This document shows, one piece after another, positions 36,471-47,935 of a stretch of 47,935 bases of DNA (the stretch's first letter is position 1; each line of letters opens with the position of its first letter). The position numbers and the translations under genes were made by a program. A model generated the notes under the pieces. It was not told the DNA's origin and searched no databases. It worked only from the letters and a program-made list of their open reading frames with translations. The DNA comes from Seison nebaliae (lineage: Eukaryota): assembly GCA_023231475.1 (NCBI GenBank), contig JALJEE010002819.1, forward strand, positions 1 through 47,935. Direction: 5' to 3'.

Positions 36471-38927
36471 TTAAGTTTCTAAAGTTGTTTCTTCTTCATC
36501 ATCATCGTCGTCATCGTCGTCTTCATCAAATTCTTTATTATTAATATTTTTCACTTCATTTTCTTCATCTAACTCTTTGAATGGAGTACTACGTCCACTG
36601 TTGTCACTTGAAAGTGATGTGGTTGATCCGGTTCTCATGAGAATTGATGGCGTTGGTGTAACAGCTAAAATATCCATATTATTCTTAGCGTCACCCAAAC
36701 AATTATTGGCCGTTCGTACATGTGGTGTACTTATATGAATATCTGGATATGTTCGATTAATTGCCATAGTTCTCGCTTTATAATAATAAATGCCAAGAGT
36801 ATGCCAATCTAATAATTCACTTAATCGTTCTGTTCGATTTCGTTGAATGATACGTTGTCGTCGATTCAATTTAGAGAAACTATATAAAATTTTAGTTAAT
36901 TGATCGGCTGTTTCATGTGGTGAACGGAATCGTCGATCAACTACATAAATTCCATATGGTTCCGTTTCACTTAATAACTCTTCCATAAAAGCTCCAAATC
37001 CCGATACGTTTGTCGATACATTCGGTATTCCCATAACCGTACATTCAGCCGGAGTATAACCCCAAGGTTCGTAATATGAAGCGAAAACACCCAAATGGCA
37101 ACCGCGAACAAATTCTTCATAAGAAATTGGAAATAATGGATTAGTTTCATTAAGGAATTCGGGATGATAAATTATTTTCACACGATCTGTTGCCAAATTG
37201 AAAAGTTTATGTTTTCGTAGGGCATTCAATATCTTATCATTCGCATCATCAATTACATTATGTGTACAAATTGGTGGTAATGTATTTCGTTTGGATGATA
37301 AGAGACATTTCTTTATACTAATCAAATCACTTGCCTTCAATATATTTTGTTCGGTTGGAAGATAACCTTTGAGACATGACTCATATAATCGTTCACCAAT
37401 CACTTTTTGTAAGTCGTTCAAGTTATCTCTCAATTGTTTAGTGATTGCTTGACCTTGCAATGATTCCACATTGAAATTATTCGTTTTAGTTGGAAATATT
37501 AGGAAAGCGATTACCGTTATATCGCTGTTTGATTCGATTAATAAACGATTTAATCTCGCTAATGATTCCAGAAATAGATCGACTCCTTTATTCTCAAATT
37601 CATAGCGACCAGCACTAAACACATAAATCGTTTTATCTAATGAAAAATCATAATGGCCAAAAAAATGACCACGGACAAATTCGTTAATTTTATCTTTACT
37701 TTTCGCATGCAAATTTTGAAATTCATGTAACGCCGTATATTTCTTCACATTCAATCCATTCGGGGTAACAACATCTGCTTCCCGTTTCAATAAATATTTT
37801 GCTTCTAATGCTGTTATGTTGGAGACGGTACAGAATACATGAGAACAATGAGCGGCCGCACGTTCTAAACAATATTTATGATAAATTTGTCTTTCACCTG
37901 CCTCCCTATCCGTATCGAATTTGGAGAGATTATTATAAAAATCAACTTTTCCTGCACATAAATATCTGCCCAACATCGTCGCATGTGTACTGAAGATGGT
38001 GGCAATGGCAATTTTCCATGTTCGAATGAAAAGTAAACCGATTCCTGATTGCCATTCATGATAATGGGCTACGATACAATTCTTCTCTCGGAAACGTTGC
38101 AAATAATTTTGTGTTTCAATATTTTTTTGAAAATCGTCTTTCATTTGCATAGCAACAACAGCTGACAAACTGTTGAGTCTTTGTAATTTCATCGTTGAAT
38201 CAAATTGACATGATAATTGATCAGTCTCTTCGTCATCAGTATAATGAGAATATTCTGATTCTGTATCGGAATCACCTGTTTTCATAACAATTGGTAATTT
38301 AGTTTTAATATAAGTCTCTCGCAATTCACTTAATTGTCTCTGAAATTCTTGAAGGAACCAAGCAGTTGCAGCACCGAAGAGAATGGCATCATTACATTCA
38401 TCATCATATTCAGGAAGAATAATTTTAGAATTTGTAAATAAATCTTTCCTCCATTCAGGTAAGCGATGACGAATTGAATCTAAATGAAATAAAACTACTT
38501 GAGGATAACCATCAACAAGCCAATTGCCATACGAAGCGTCTAATCCATTCTTTCTTAAGATTTCGATTGTTATCGCCACAGGATTATGAGGATTCGTCGC
38601 CGTCTTTAAATCTACTTCCAATCGAACATTCTTCTCAGTGTACTTTCCCAACATGACATATCGTTCTCCATATTCACTGACGGTAACAGGAACTTTAGTT
38701 CGAATTACTGTGTAAATCCCACCAACTACCCAGAAAATGAAGAAAGTAAATGAGAAATGAAAGTAAAATAAAAAATAAAATTTACCTTTATTCGCTACTT
38801 CATTTGATATCTCAAATAACCATCTATTCATCAATATCGAATTGTGACCATTATCGAGAAATTGGTCGAAGGCATAACCTTCGATTTGTTTCAAGCTTTT
38901 CGCCGCTTTCTTTATTCGATTTAACAT
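36471..38927 (-). CDS. GYS: Glycogen [starch] synthase (GT3); 2 exons, intron 38726-38785
   Basis: EVANK/VGGIYTV is split by a 60-nt intron. Motifs HYHEWQSG, HATMLGRYLCAG, AGRYEFENKG, RGCHLGVFASYYEPWGYTPAEC and RRQRIIQRNRTERLS. Confidence 0.97.
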   Translation of the reverse strand: MLNRIKKAAKSLKQIEGYAFDQFLDNGHNSILMNRWLFEISNEVANKGKFYFLFYFHFSFTFFIFWVVGGIYTVIRTKVPVTVSEYGERYVMLGKYTEKNVRLEVDLKTATNPHNPVAITIEILRKNGLDASYGNWLVDGYPQVVLFHLDSIRHRLPEWRKDLFTNSKIILPEYDDECNDAILFGAATAWFLQEFQRQLSELRETYIKTKLPIVMKTGDSDTESEYSHYTDDEETDQLSCQFDSTMKLQRLNSLSAVVAMQMKDDFQKNIETQNYLQRFREKNCIVAHYHEWQSGIGLLFIRTWKIAIATIFSTHATMLGRYLCAGKVDFYNNLSKFDTDREAGERQIYHKYCLERAAAHCSHVFCTVSNITALEAKYLLKREADVVTPNGLNVKKYTALHEFQNLHAKSKDKINEFVRGHFFGHYDFSLDKTIYVFSAGRYEFENKGVDLFLESLARLNRLLIESNSDITVIAFLIFPTKTNNFNVESLQGQAITKQLRDNLNDLQKVIGERLYESCLKGYLPTEQNILKASDLISIKKCLLSSKRNTLPPICTHNVIDDANDKILNALRKHKLFNLATDRVKIIYHPEFLNETNPLFPISYEEFVRGCHLGVFASYYEPWGYTPAECTVMGIPNVSTNVSGFGAFMEELLSETEPYGIYVVDRRFRSPHETADQLTKILYSFSKLNRRQRIIQRNRTERLSELLDWHTLGIYYYKARTMAINRTYPDIHISTPHVRTANNCLGDAKNNMDILAVTPTPSILMRTGSTTSLSSDNSGRSTPFKELDEENEVKNINNKEFDEDDDDDDDDEEETTLET

Positions 38928-39779
38928 TCTCTTTCTTGAAGAAATTATCCTTTTAATTTTTTTTCCAATCCAATCAAAAAATTAAGAGAAATTTAATTTT
39001 TATCAAGTAGAGAATAATCGTTAAAGAAAGTTAAACGAATTTCCCTTTATCAATTATTTAAAAGAAACAATTCTGGTTCAGATAATTAACTCCCCATATG
39101 TAATAATATTGGGCTACTTCTTCTAAATTGTTGTACTTTCGAACGTTCCAACTTAATCCTAATATAAATTAATAACTCTAACTTAATAAATTAATATAAA
39201 TCTTAATCTAACTAATACCTAATACCTCTCCAACATAATTTACTATCAATTGAAAAGATGAGTTAATGTCACAATTGTCAATATGAACTACGGTAGAAAA
39301 TCCGACTGACTTCAAAACTCAATGTTATAAAATTAACATAGGGATTTAGGATAGAAAGGATTTAATTTCAACATATTAATCAAATCATTGGGATGATAAA
39401 GTTAATTAATTGATTTTATTTTTATTTTAGGAATATATCTTGTCAATCTTTTTCCTTCACATTGTTGTTATTATTTTTATATTATTTGAAAATTTTCTAA
39501 TATTATATAGAACAGATTATAAGAAATTTGAAATATAATATCAGACGATTTGGCTCTTAAGAACAGCCAAATATCAAACTCATTTATTATAACTGTTTCA
39601 ATTCACAGTTACTTTATGTTATTGAAAGAAATCCTAGAAAACGGTCAATTATGTAATTGAACCTTTAATCAAAAAGAATTGTTTATAATTTGTTTATAAT
39701 TTTGCTGTTCAAAAATATATTTGATAACGGATTGATAAAATAAATTGAGCGAAATAGAAAAAAGAATGGAATGATGAAA

Positions 39780-42700
39780 CTAATAATTATTCCAACGAAG
39801 TTTCTTCAGCAATTTCAAGGAAGACATATTCGTTTTATGATTTTGTTGTTCTTCGTCAATGATTACTCCTTGTAAATGTTCATTTAGACCACGATAAACA
39901 ACAATATTTTCTTCATCTAAATTAAGTGCATCATCTACCAACGGTTCATTAACCGATAAATGAGTTCTTCGATCCTTATCGACATGTTGGAGAGCAACTC
40001 TCTTCAAATAATTCGAATTCATTAATTGTTGGATTGTCGGTTTTTTCCATCTAACAATAAGATAACAATATTAATTAAGAAACAGTAATTAACTATCAAA
40101 ATTATAATGACTAACAGTTTAAGCATAAGAGATGAAGTAACAACGGAGACAGATGATAATGCCATAGCAGCAGCAGCCATCCATGGTTGTAAAGCAATTT
40201 TAACTGGAAGAAATAAACCGGCGGCTAAAGGAATTCCTATCATATTGTAAATAATAGCGAAGAAATAATTGATTCGAATTCGTTTCATTGTTGCTTTCGA
40301 TAAATCGATCGCTGCAATTACGTCTAATAAATTTGAATGCATAAGAACAATATCAGCAGCTTCGATTGCTACATCAGCCCCAGTACCAATTGCAATTCCA
40401 ACATTTGCTTGAGCTAATGCTGGTGAGTCATTAACACCATCACCCACCATAGCTATTTTATGAGATGAAGGAAATTGTTTTTGCAATTGACGAATCTTTT
40501 CTGCTTTTTGTGATGGGAGAACTTCGGCAAAAACAGTTCGAATACCGATTTGTTTAGCAACAGCTTTCGCTGTACGAACATTATCTCCTGTCAATAAAAT
40601 TACATTAATTTTCATTTCATGTTCGAGTGTATGAAGTGCAAGAAAAGCTTCATTCTTTATTGGATCCATTATAGTTAATAAACATTCAATTGATCCATTA
40701 ATTGAACAGAAGACAACTGTACAACCATTCATCTCTTCTTCTCTTCCTTTATAATCGATTTCTCCATTTAATTCAATATTATGATTCTTCATCAATTCAC
40801 GATTTCCAATTAGAATATCATATGTATCATTTCCATCTTCTAACAACTGAGTTGTTGAATCATTTTTAGATTCTAAAATATCGATAATAATCGATGATCG
40901 ATTAGTTGGCACTGGCACATCAGTATCAGAGACTGGTGATAATAACAGAGGATCATTTAATGGTTGTTTATCTGAAAAATGCTTATTCAATTTAATTTGA
41001 CATTTAATTCCACATCCTGGTAATAATTGGAAATTTTCACTTGCTCCAAAAACTTTCTCATCTAAATAATTTTCACAAAATTTCACAATTGCCGTCGCTA
41101 AAGGATGTTCGGAATTACGTTCGGCTGTCCCTATTAATGTTAATAATTTGGTCAAATTCGTTTTTGAATTTCTTCGTAGAATTTTCGTTACTTTTGGTTG
41201 TCCTTTTGTTATTGTTCCAGTTTTATCGAATACTATCGTTTTCGTTTTATGAGCAGTCTCTAATGGTTCTCCACCTTTGATTAGGATTCCTTTTGTTGCA
41301 CCTGCACCTGTTCCCACCATAATTGCTGTTGGAGTAGCTAAGCCTAAAGCACAAGGACAAGCGATAGACAAAACGGTGATTGCGAATCGAAATGAATATT
41401 CGAAAATATTCTCCATTTTATTTCCTGTAAGAAATATTGATTGTTCATGTTTACCGAAAAGCCAAGACGTTTGTTTTGATAGCCAACCATAGAAATAATA
41501 ACCGATAAATATCCAAGTGAATAAAGTGACAAGACTACAGATACAAATGAATGGAACGAAAACACCAGCAACACGATCAGCCATTGCTTGAATTGGTGCT
41601 TTGGATGTTTGAGCTTCTTCTACTAATCGTACTATCTGATTAATGGCCGTGTCATTTCCAACATTGGTAGCTTTCATAAATATTAAACCATTCTGATTAA
41701 TTGTTCCACCTAATAATTGAGATTTTCCACTTTTCTCTACAGGCATCGATTCTCCACTTAACATCGATTCATCAACAGATGTTATTCCTTTGATAACGAA
41801 ACCATCAACAGGAATTTTCGTTCCAGGTAAAACTTTCAAAATATCGCCTCGATGAATTAATTGAACGTCGATATTTCTTTCTTGCATATCTTCCTTCTCA
41901 TAATTCTCAACAAGAATTCCTTCTATTGCTTGCAATTGAATCAATTTCGATAATGCTTCAGATGTTTTCCCTTTAGCGATATATTCTAACCAACGTCCTA
42001 ATGTCACGAAAACCATCAACATTGGTGTTGTATCGAAAAAAGTGATTGGTGAGTATTTCCGTCTTAATGTCATTGATATGATTAGAATGATAATAGAATA
42101 TGAATATGAAATAGTCGTTGCTAAAACAATGAGAACATCCATATTTAATGAACAATTCCGTATGGCAATATATGCATGTCTATAAAATTGTCTTCCCCCA
42201 TAAAATTGGACAGGTGTCGCCAATAAGAATAATAGGAGATTAGGTAAATCTAATCCATCCATAATCATCACATTATGATAATGATGAGATGTTACCATGA
42301 AGAATATCATAACAATCAATGCAGGAACACCGAAAATAAGTGAAGCTAAAAAACTTCTTTTCCAAATTTTTTTCTGTTCATCATGACTTAAATTACTAAT
42401 AATATCATTGTGTTGATCGGCGAGAAATGCATCGAATCCCATCGATTCAATTTCTTCAATGATTTCTCGTGGTCCTGTATAAAAAGGATCATATTGAACT
42501 CGACCGGAATTTGTTGTTAAATTAACTTGAATCGATTGAATTCCTTTAACATTCTTCACATTCGACTCGATCGTATTAACACAAGATGAACATGTCATTC
42601 CATTTATTCTCAATTTAATTTCATGAAATTGATTCATCGAACTCTTTGTCAATATCGTCGTTTTGAATGACAATTGCTTCTCAATCATATCTCTAATCTC

Positions 42701-43848
42701 TTCATCATTAATTCTTTCTTTATCATATCGAACTTCTGCTTTCCCTGAGATCAATGAAACAATAATCGATTCAACTCCATCAATTTTCTTTACAATTCTT
42801 TCAACATTTGACACACAAGATGAACATGTCATTCCAGATATTTTCAAAAAACAAACAGCATTTTCAGTAGTAAACGACGTCTCTGCTGTATTCATTGAGA
42901 AAGTGGAAAATTTCCTTTGTTTCTCCAATTTCTTATCATTGTCGATCTCTTTCAAATATTTAAATTTTCCAGTTTCATAATAGAATGGGAAATAATTGAA
43001 ATTTCTTTTGAAATTATTTAGTGTTTGTCCAGAGAAGAAGAAAGACGAATGATATGTTATACTATTGTCAAATAATTTATTCAAATTCCACATAACTTTC
43101 TTGTCAACAAATTTCTTCAAGTTCTCCACAATTTTCTTCGACTCATTCTTCCTCAATGTGATGAATTGAAGTCGAATGAATTTATGTTTGTCAATATGCT
43201 CATGGATCTTAATATCGATCAGATCAAGAATTGTTGAATAATTGATAATTGATGAGGAGCGTATACTTCCAATAATTTTAGTAGTCATTTCATTGACCGA
43301 TTGGAATTGAGGAGATATATTGAATAAAAGTATCAAAGTAGAATAAATTTTTCTTTCACTTTTCTCATTCGATGATGAGTCTCGAAGTATTGTCCTTTCC
43401 AATTCTGTTTCTGGAAAATATAATTTATTCAATATCTTCCCATTATTGTTCTCTTTTTCTTCTTCTTCTTCTTATTTCAACAATATTCATTTTTATTAGA
43501 AAAACAAAATAAAACTTTTTCCTTCAAAATAAACAGATGTGTTCGGTATTAAAATTTCATACGTCTCAATTAGAAAGACATCGAATCCGAGATCATAAAT
43601 TATTTCCTGTAAATCTTCCCAACCAACTTTCTCATTGTCATGCAAAATTAAACACGTTTCAAATTCGAGAGAAATCTTTAAAATAAAAAAGTTGACAATT
43701 TGCTTGAGAAAATGTGAATAACTTCTATGAATAAAACTGCAGAAATTTCTTGTAATGAAATCTCAATGTTCTTTGTACAAGAAGAACATGTCATTCCAAT
43801 TACGACGAAATCCGTCGAGAATAAATGATTGATATCCGTCATATCCAT
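39780..43848 (-). CDS. ATP7: Copper-transporting P1B-type ATPase (ATP7A/B-like); 4 exons
   Basis: Three GMTCSSC metal-binding domains. Motifs SGESMP, CPC, DKTGT, SEHPL, TGDN, GDGVNDSPALA, YN and MALSSVSVV. First in-frame ATG after an upstream stop is at 43848. The last exon ends at 39780. Confidence 0.96.
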
Positions 43849-45269
43849 ATCGATGGTATTTGTCAATGATAATTATTCATTTGAATGAGAAATAATCAAA
43901 AATAAAAAGAAAAAAATCTTTAATTTAATCACATTAGCTAATGATTTGAGAGGAGGAAATATTCTTACTAATATTTCTCCGATGATTAGTAAATCAACGA
44001 TTTTATGTAAATAGTACTTTGTACTGTAAATAGGATGAAAACCGGGGGTGGTTAAATTACATAAAGAAATTCATGTTTCACAATTCGTTGATGAAAATAA
44101 AAAGAAACAACATTTAACTTTATCGAAATTTATAAAGGAGTTTATTTGTTATTAGAATTTAATTTACCGTATCATTATATAATCATAAAATTAATACATG
44201 GCATGTCTCCAATAAATACGTTGCTATCAAAATGAAGATATTTAGTAAACTTTCTTATTAAAAAACTATAAGAAAACATTAATAGTTTCTTAAGTAAATG
44301 ATAATTGAAGTTTCATCAATATTTAGTTAAGTGAAATTAAGTAAGTAGTCTCTGATGTTCAACATTTAAAATATAATTAAAGAACTGAATTAATCGATTT
44401 CATATCATCTTTATAAAGTTATCACATACCCATTATTATCATGCCGCCCACCATTAATTGATAGAAAGAAATATTTTTAATAACAATTTTAATCAGAATC
44501 ATTAACAAGAAGTATTTACTTCCACGAAATGAAGTTATTAAGAAGTTAGCGACCATTCAAAATTGGATGTTTTTGATGAAGATTATTGAAATATTTAAAT
44601 CACGATTTTATTGGATATTTGATTCATGGATGAATCAGAGAATTTAACATCAATTTTCGATAGTTCATTCTCTAAGTGTAAGTTGAAAGCTTCAGTTTGA
44701 CTCTCATATCAATGAGACTTGTGTTGATGTTGATGACCAAGTCTACATGACTGGTCCTTCTTACCCAAACGAAATACATTTACCCGAATGAAATATGATG
44801 ATTGTCGGGAATCAAGTATTCGAAGGAGAATTCATCTATCAATTCTCTTGCATTGTACATTGTAGAATGTAGATAGCATGTAGATAGCAATATTCAGAGT
44901 ATTATTCTTTGCATTAAAACTTATCAAATGCTAACAAGTCAATGTTTATCAGTTATAGGTATTAAAAGGTGGTGATCGCAATAAACTAAACCATGATGTA
45001 AAATAATTTATGGCTGATCCAGAAATGCAAAAATACCACTTTTAAAAAATGCTCGATAAAACCGCAAATAAAAGAAGGAAAATCGAATAGAGAATAGGAA
45101 ATATTAATTTTATTCATTATACAAAATGATTCAAATAATTCATTAAATATGTAAGATCAAAATTTAATTTTCAAAAAAAATAGTTATATTTGAATGAAAG
45201 AATTTTCTTTCTATTTATATAATGGAAAAGATAATAATTTATATTTAAATTTTAAAAAAAAATTTTACC

Positions 45270-46100
45270 ATGGCGGTGGTTATGTTCGGTGGTGGCTAGG
45301 GTCGGAGTTATTGTGGTGAAGATTATCGTAAGGGTTATTCTGCTGTTGGTTATCGTGATAACGGTTATCGTCGAAGTTCTCGTGATAGTGGTTATCTTCG
45401 TGGTGGTTATATTCGTGATTATCGTGGTGGTGGTTATTATCCTGGTTATCATGGTGGTGGCTATCTTTGTGGTATCATGGTGGTGGTTATATTGGAGGTG
45501 GTTACACTCGTGGTGGTTATATTGGAGGTGGTTATATTCGTGGTGGTTATATTGGAGATGCTTATATTCGTGGTGGTTCCATTGGAGGTGGTTATATTCG
45601 TGGTATCATGGTGGTGGTTATATTCGTGGTGGTTATATTCGTGGTGGTTATATTCGTGGTGGTTATATTCGTGGTGGCTATATTCGTGGTGGTTATATTG
45701 GAGGTTATCTTGGAGGTTATCTTGGAGGTTATCTTGGAGGTTATCTTGGAGGTTATCTTGGTGGTTATCTTGGTGGTTATCATGGAGGTTATCTTGGAGG
45801 TTATCTTGGTGGTTATCATGGAGGTTATCTTGGAGGTTATCTTGGTGGTTATCGTGGTGGTTATCGTGGTGGTTATCGTGGTGGTGGTTATCGTGGTGGT
45901 GGTTATCGTGGTGGTGGTTATCGTGGTTGTGGTTATCGTGGTGGTGATTATCGTGGTAGTGATTATCGTGGGGGTTACATTCGTGGTTACTATGGGGGTG
46001 GTCATTTTGGTGGTAGTAATCTTCATGGTTATTTAGGTGGCGTTTATCGTCGTGGTAATTTTAGTGGTGAAGATCGTCGGAATCATTGTGGTGGTTATGT
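45270..46100 (+). repeat. Gly-Gly-Tyr-type low-complexity tandem repeat (12-15 bp units), probably a frameshifted Gly/Tyr-rich structural-protein gene or pseudogene
   Basis: Units are GGT/GGA-GGT-TAT-(ATT CGT/CTT/CAT/CGT). The GGY frame is broken by 1-nt deletions at about 45472 and 45603. Confidence 0.7.
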
Positions 46101-46957
46101 GGTGTATGTTATCATCAGCTTATGCAACCTAAAAGTAAATGAAGAAAGTTAAGATATAATTGAAAAAATTAAAACAAACTGAGAAAAATACTAAAAAATA
46201 CGAAAGAGAATAATTATAATGATCAGAACTGAAAATTGTACGTATTAAATAAATAAATTTAATCAGCTTAAACTACTGGTATTTAGTTTTAAAAAAGTGC
46301 GCTCTCAAAAAATTTAACAAAAATTTTGGCATCTCGTTATAACACGTCATCAAATATATAATTCATTCAATTATTTATTTATTTTATTTATTAATATCGA
46401 ATATCGAATACATTGTACTGATTTTCTTTTGTTGCAATTTGCAATATATGAAATGTTAATTTTAGTCATTGCTGCATCTTCGGTGTCCTGTGAAACATTA
46501 TTTTCAAATTAGAGATTAGGAATGAACTGACATTCGTTGTCGGCAAAAAGTTTGGAGAAACAAATATAAAAATTATATTTGTGAATAAATTTTTGTGGTT
46601 TTTTTCTTTTCGAATTTAAGATAGTTTAAAAACTATTGTGCGAATTTTTAACAAATAAAAAAAGCATTTTATTACGAGAGCATAAAATCATATGTCCATA
46701 AACTATATTTAGAACAATAAAATAACTATATATAGTTACAACGGGTTGCAGTTTTAGACCGTTTTTTTAATGGAAATTCGAAATCGTTCCTCAAAGAAAA
46801 CTGTTCGCATCTATTTGACTGGGATGATTCCTCACAAAAATGACGTCCATTAGTCAACAATTCGTTCGATTCTACTAGTCAATCAGATGTATCTTCAATG
46901 ACTCTCTCATTTAATTCTTTCAACTCTCATGGATCTCGAGGCTTTCTTCCCGATTTA

Positions 46958-47397
46958 CACTGTGTTTCATAAATTGTGGAACATAGGAAATCCCATGTGT
47001 TATCAAAAAAAGCTTCAAAAAAAATTTCATAAATTGTGAGACAAAAAGAAAAGTTTATTTAATAATCGGTCCAAGCACCTTTCCTGTCGCTTACTGCTAA
47101 GTATCTTTTCGGCATAGAATTATAAAGATTAATAAACAATTGTATCTAATTTCGACCATTCATATTCTATTCTTCGCCATAATTCTTCAGTATTAGTACT
47201 TCTTCTTTATCATTATTATTGAAGACTTTGTTATTCGTAAAAACTTTCTGGGTTAATACTCCCCAAACATTCTCAATGGGATTTAAATCTGGTGAACGTG
47301 CAGGATGGTCAAATAATTTCCAACCCATATCCTTCATTTTTCCAATTGAATATCTTGACGTGTGCACTGCAGCACCGTCTTGTTGAAAAATGAATTA
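46958..47397 (-). mobile_element. 5'-truncated Tc1-family (DD34E) transposon relic with its 3' terminal repeat
   Basis: FIFQQDGAAVH..HPARSPDLNPIENVW with 34 residues between D and E. Degenerate C-terminus SMPKRYLAVSDRKGAWTDY*. The terminus is TA|CACTGTG at 46956-46964, with an internal direct repeat. Confidence 0.88.
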
Positions 47398-47399
47398 AT

Positions 47400-47597
47400 T
47401 TCCCATTTTTGCTCTAACTTCTGGTAAGAAATCTCGTTCCAACAGATATTTTCTTTGTCAATTTTTGTTGATTGACATTTTGTTGTTTTTAAATGTCTTT
47501 TCAAAGACGTTGGTGTTATGATATTTATAACACTTTTACAGTGGAGACATATTGCAGAAGTTCCAATCAACTCAAAGTCTTTATTACTGTCCATCAT
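47400..47597 (-). mobile_element. BED zinc-finger-like fragment (hAT-type transposase N-terminus)
   Basis: AICLHCKSVINIITPTSLKRHLKTTKC resembles the BED pattern AxCxxC..TSxLxRHL. Confidence 0.5.
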
Positions 47598-47935
47598 TCA
47601 AAGAAAGTATCTAATACGTAGGAATCGAAATTTAAAAAAAAATTATTAATACACTAGTCTTCATCCAACGGACAATTTTTTATCCGACATTGTCCTTTTC
47701 ATTGACAAACAATATTGTTTAAACAGTATTGAGGTGAAGAATTTGATCCATAAAATTTTTTTGTAATTTTTTAAATTTACCTTACAAGAATTTTATATTA
47801 TAATAAATCTCTTCCGACAGTCTGTCCGAATTTAACTTCCATCTTCTCATTCCTAACTGATATGAAGCTCTGCTGAAGATACGCTCTGATGCCGCTGATG
47901 TTGCTGGAAGTGAGACAATTTGTTCAAAAATTTGG

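Noticed and set aside
43516..43521. Possible 6-nt micro-exon in ATP7
   Set aside because: It gives a phase mismatch. Reading exon 2 through to GGAAAAA|gtttt restores the frame without it.
44625..44870. Coding-like degraded stretch (MDESENLTSIF..)
   Set aside because: Interrupted by a frameshift and stops, with no recognisable family.
45477..45947. Trp-rich and Val/Ile-rich ORFs
   Set aside because: Alternative frames of the GGY repeat; synonymous variation favours the GGY frame.

Overview
This is eukaryotic (metazoan) genomic DNA: very AT-rich and gene-dense, with mostly 38-70 nt spliceosomal introns. The species cannot be determined from the sequence. Stitching exons by hand gives these genes. 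(1) A giant secreted protein of about 3,100-3,200 aa (618-11403, minus) with three GDPH-type VWD/C8/TIL/EGF modules, two SUEL-type lectin domains, a regular Ala/Gly/Val beta-meander and a novel Cys-containing triple repeat at the C-terminus. (2) A divergent SHP2-like tandem-SH2 tyrosine phosphatase. (3) DNAJC13/RME-8. (4) A beta-1,4-galactosyltransferase-family enzyme. (5) Proline dehydrogenase. (6) An orphan membrane-anchored protein. (7) BORCS5. (8) Glycogen synthase. (9) An ATP7-type copper ATPase. The window also holds a frameshifted Gly-Gly-Tyr repeat and several DNA-transposon relics (CACTA/EnSpm-like, Tc1 DD34E, BED finger). Two signals stand out. First, 47 of the 51 introns I could place begin GTT rather than GTR, and about a quarter end in AAG, which suggests a rewired splice-site code. 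Second, the architecture of the giant secreted protein suggests an adhesive, self-assembling or membrane-active system. Exon boundaries and counts are manual and not confirmed by transcript data.
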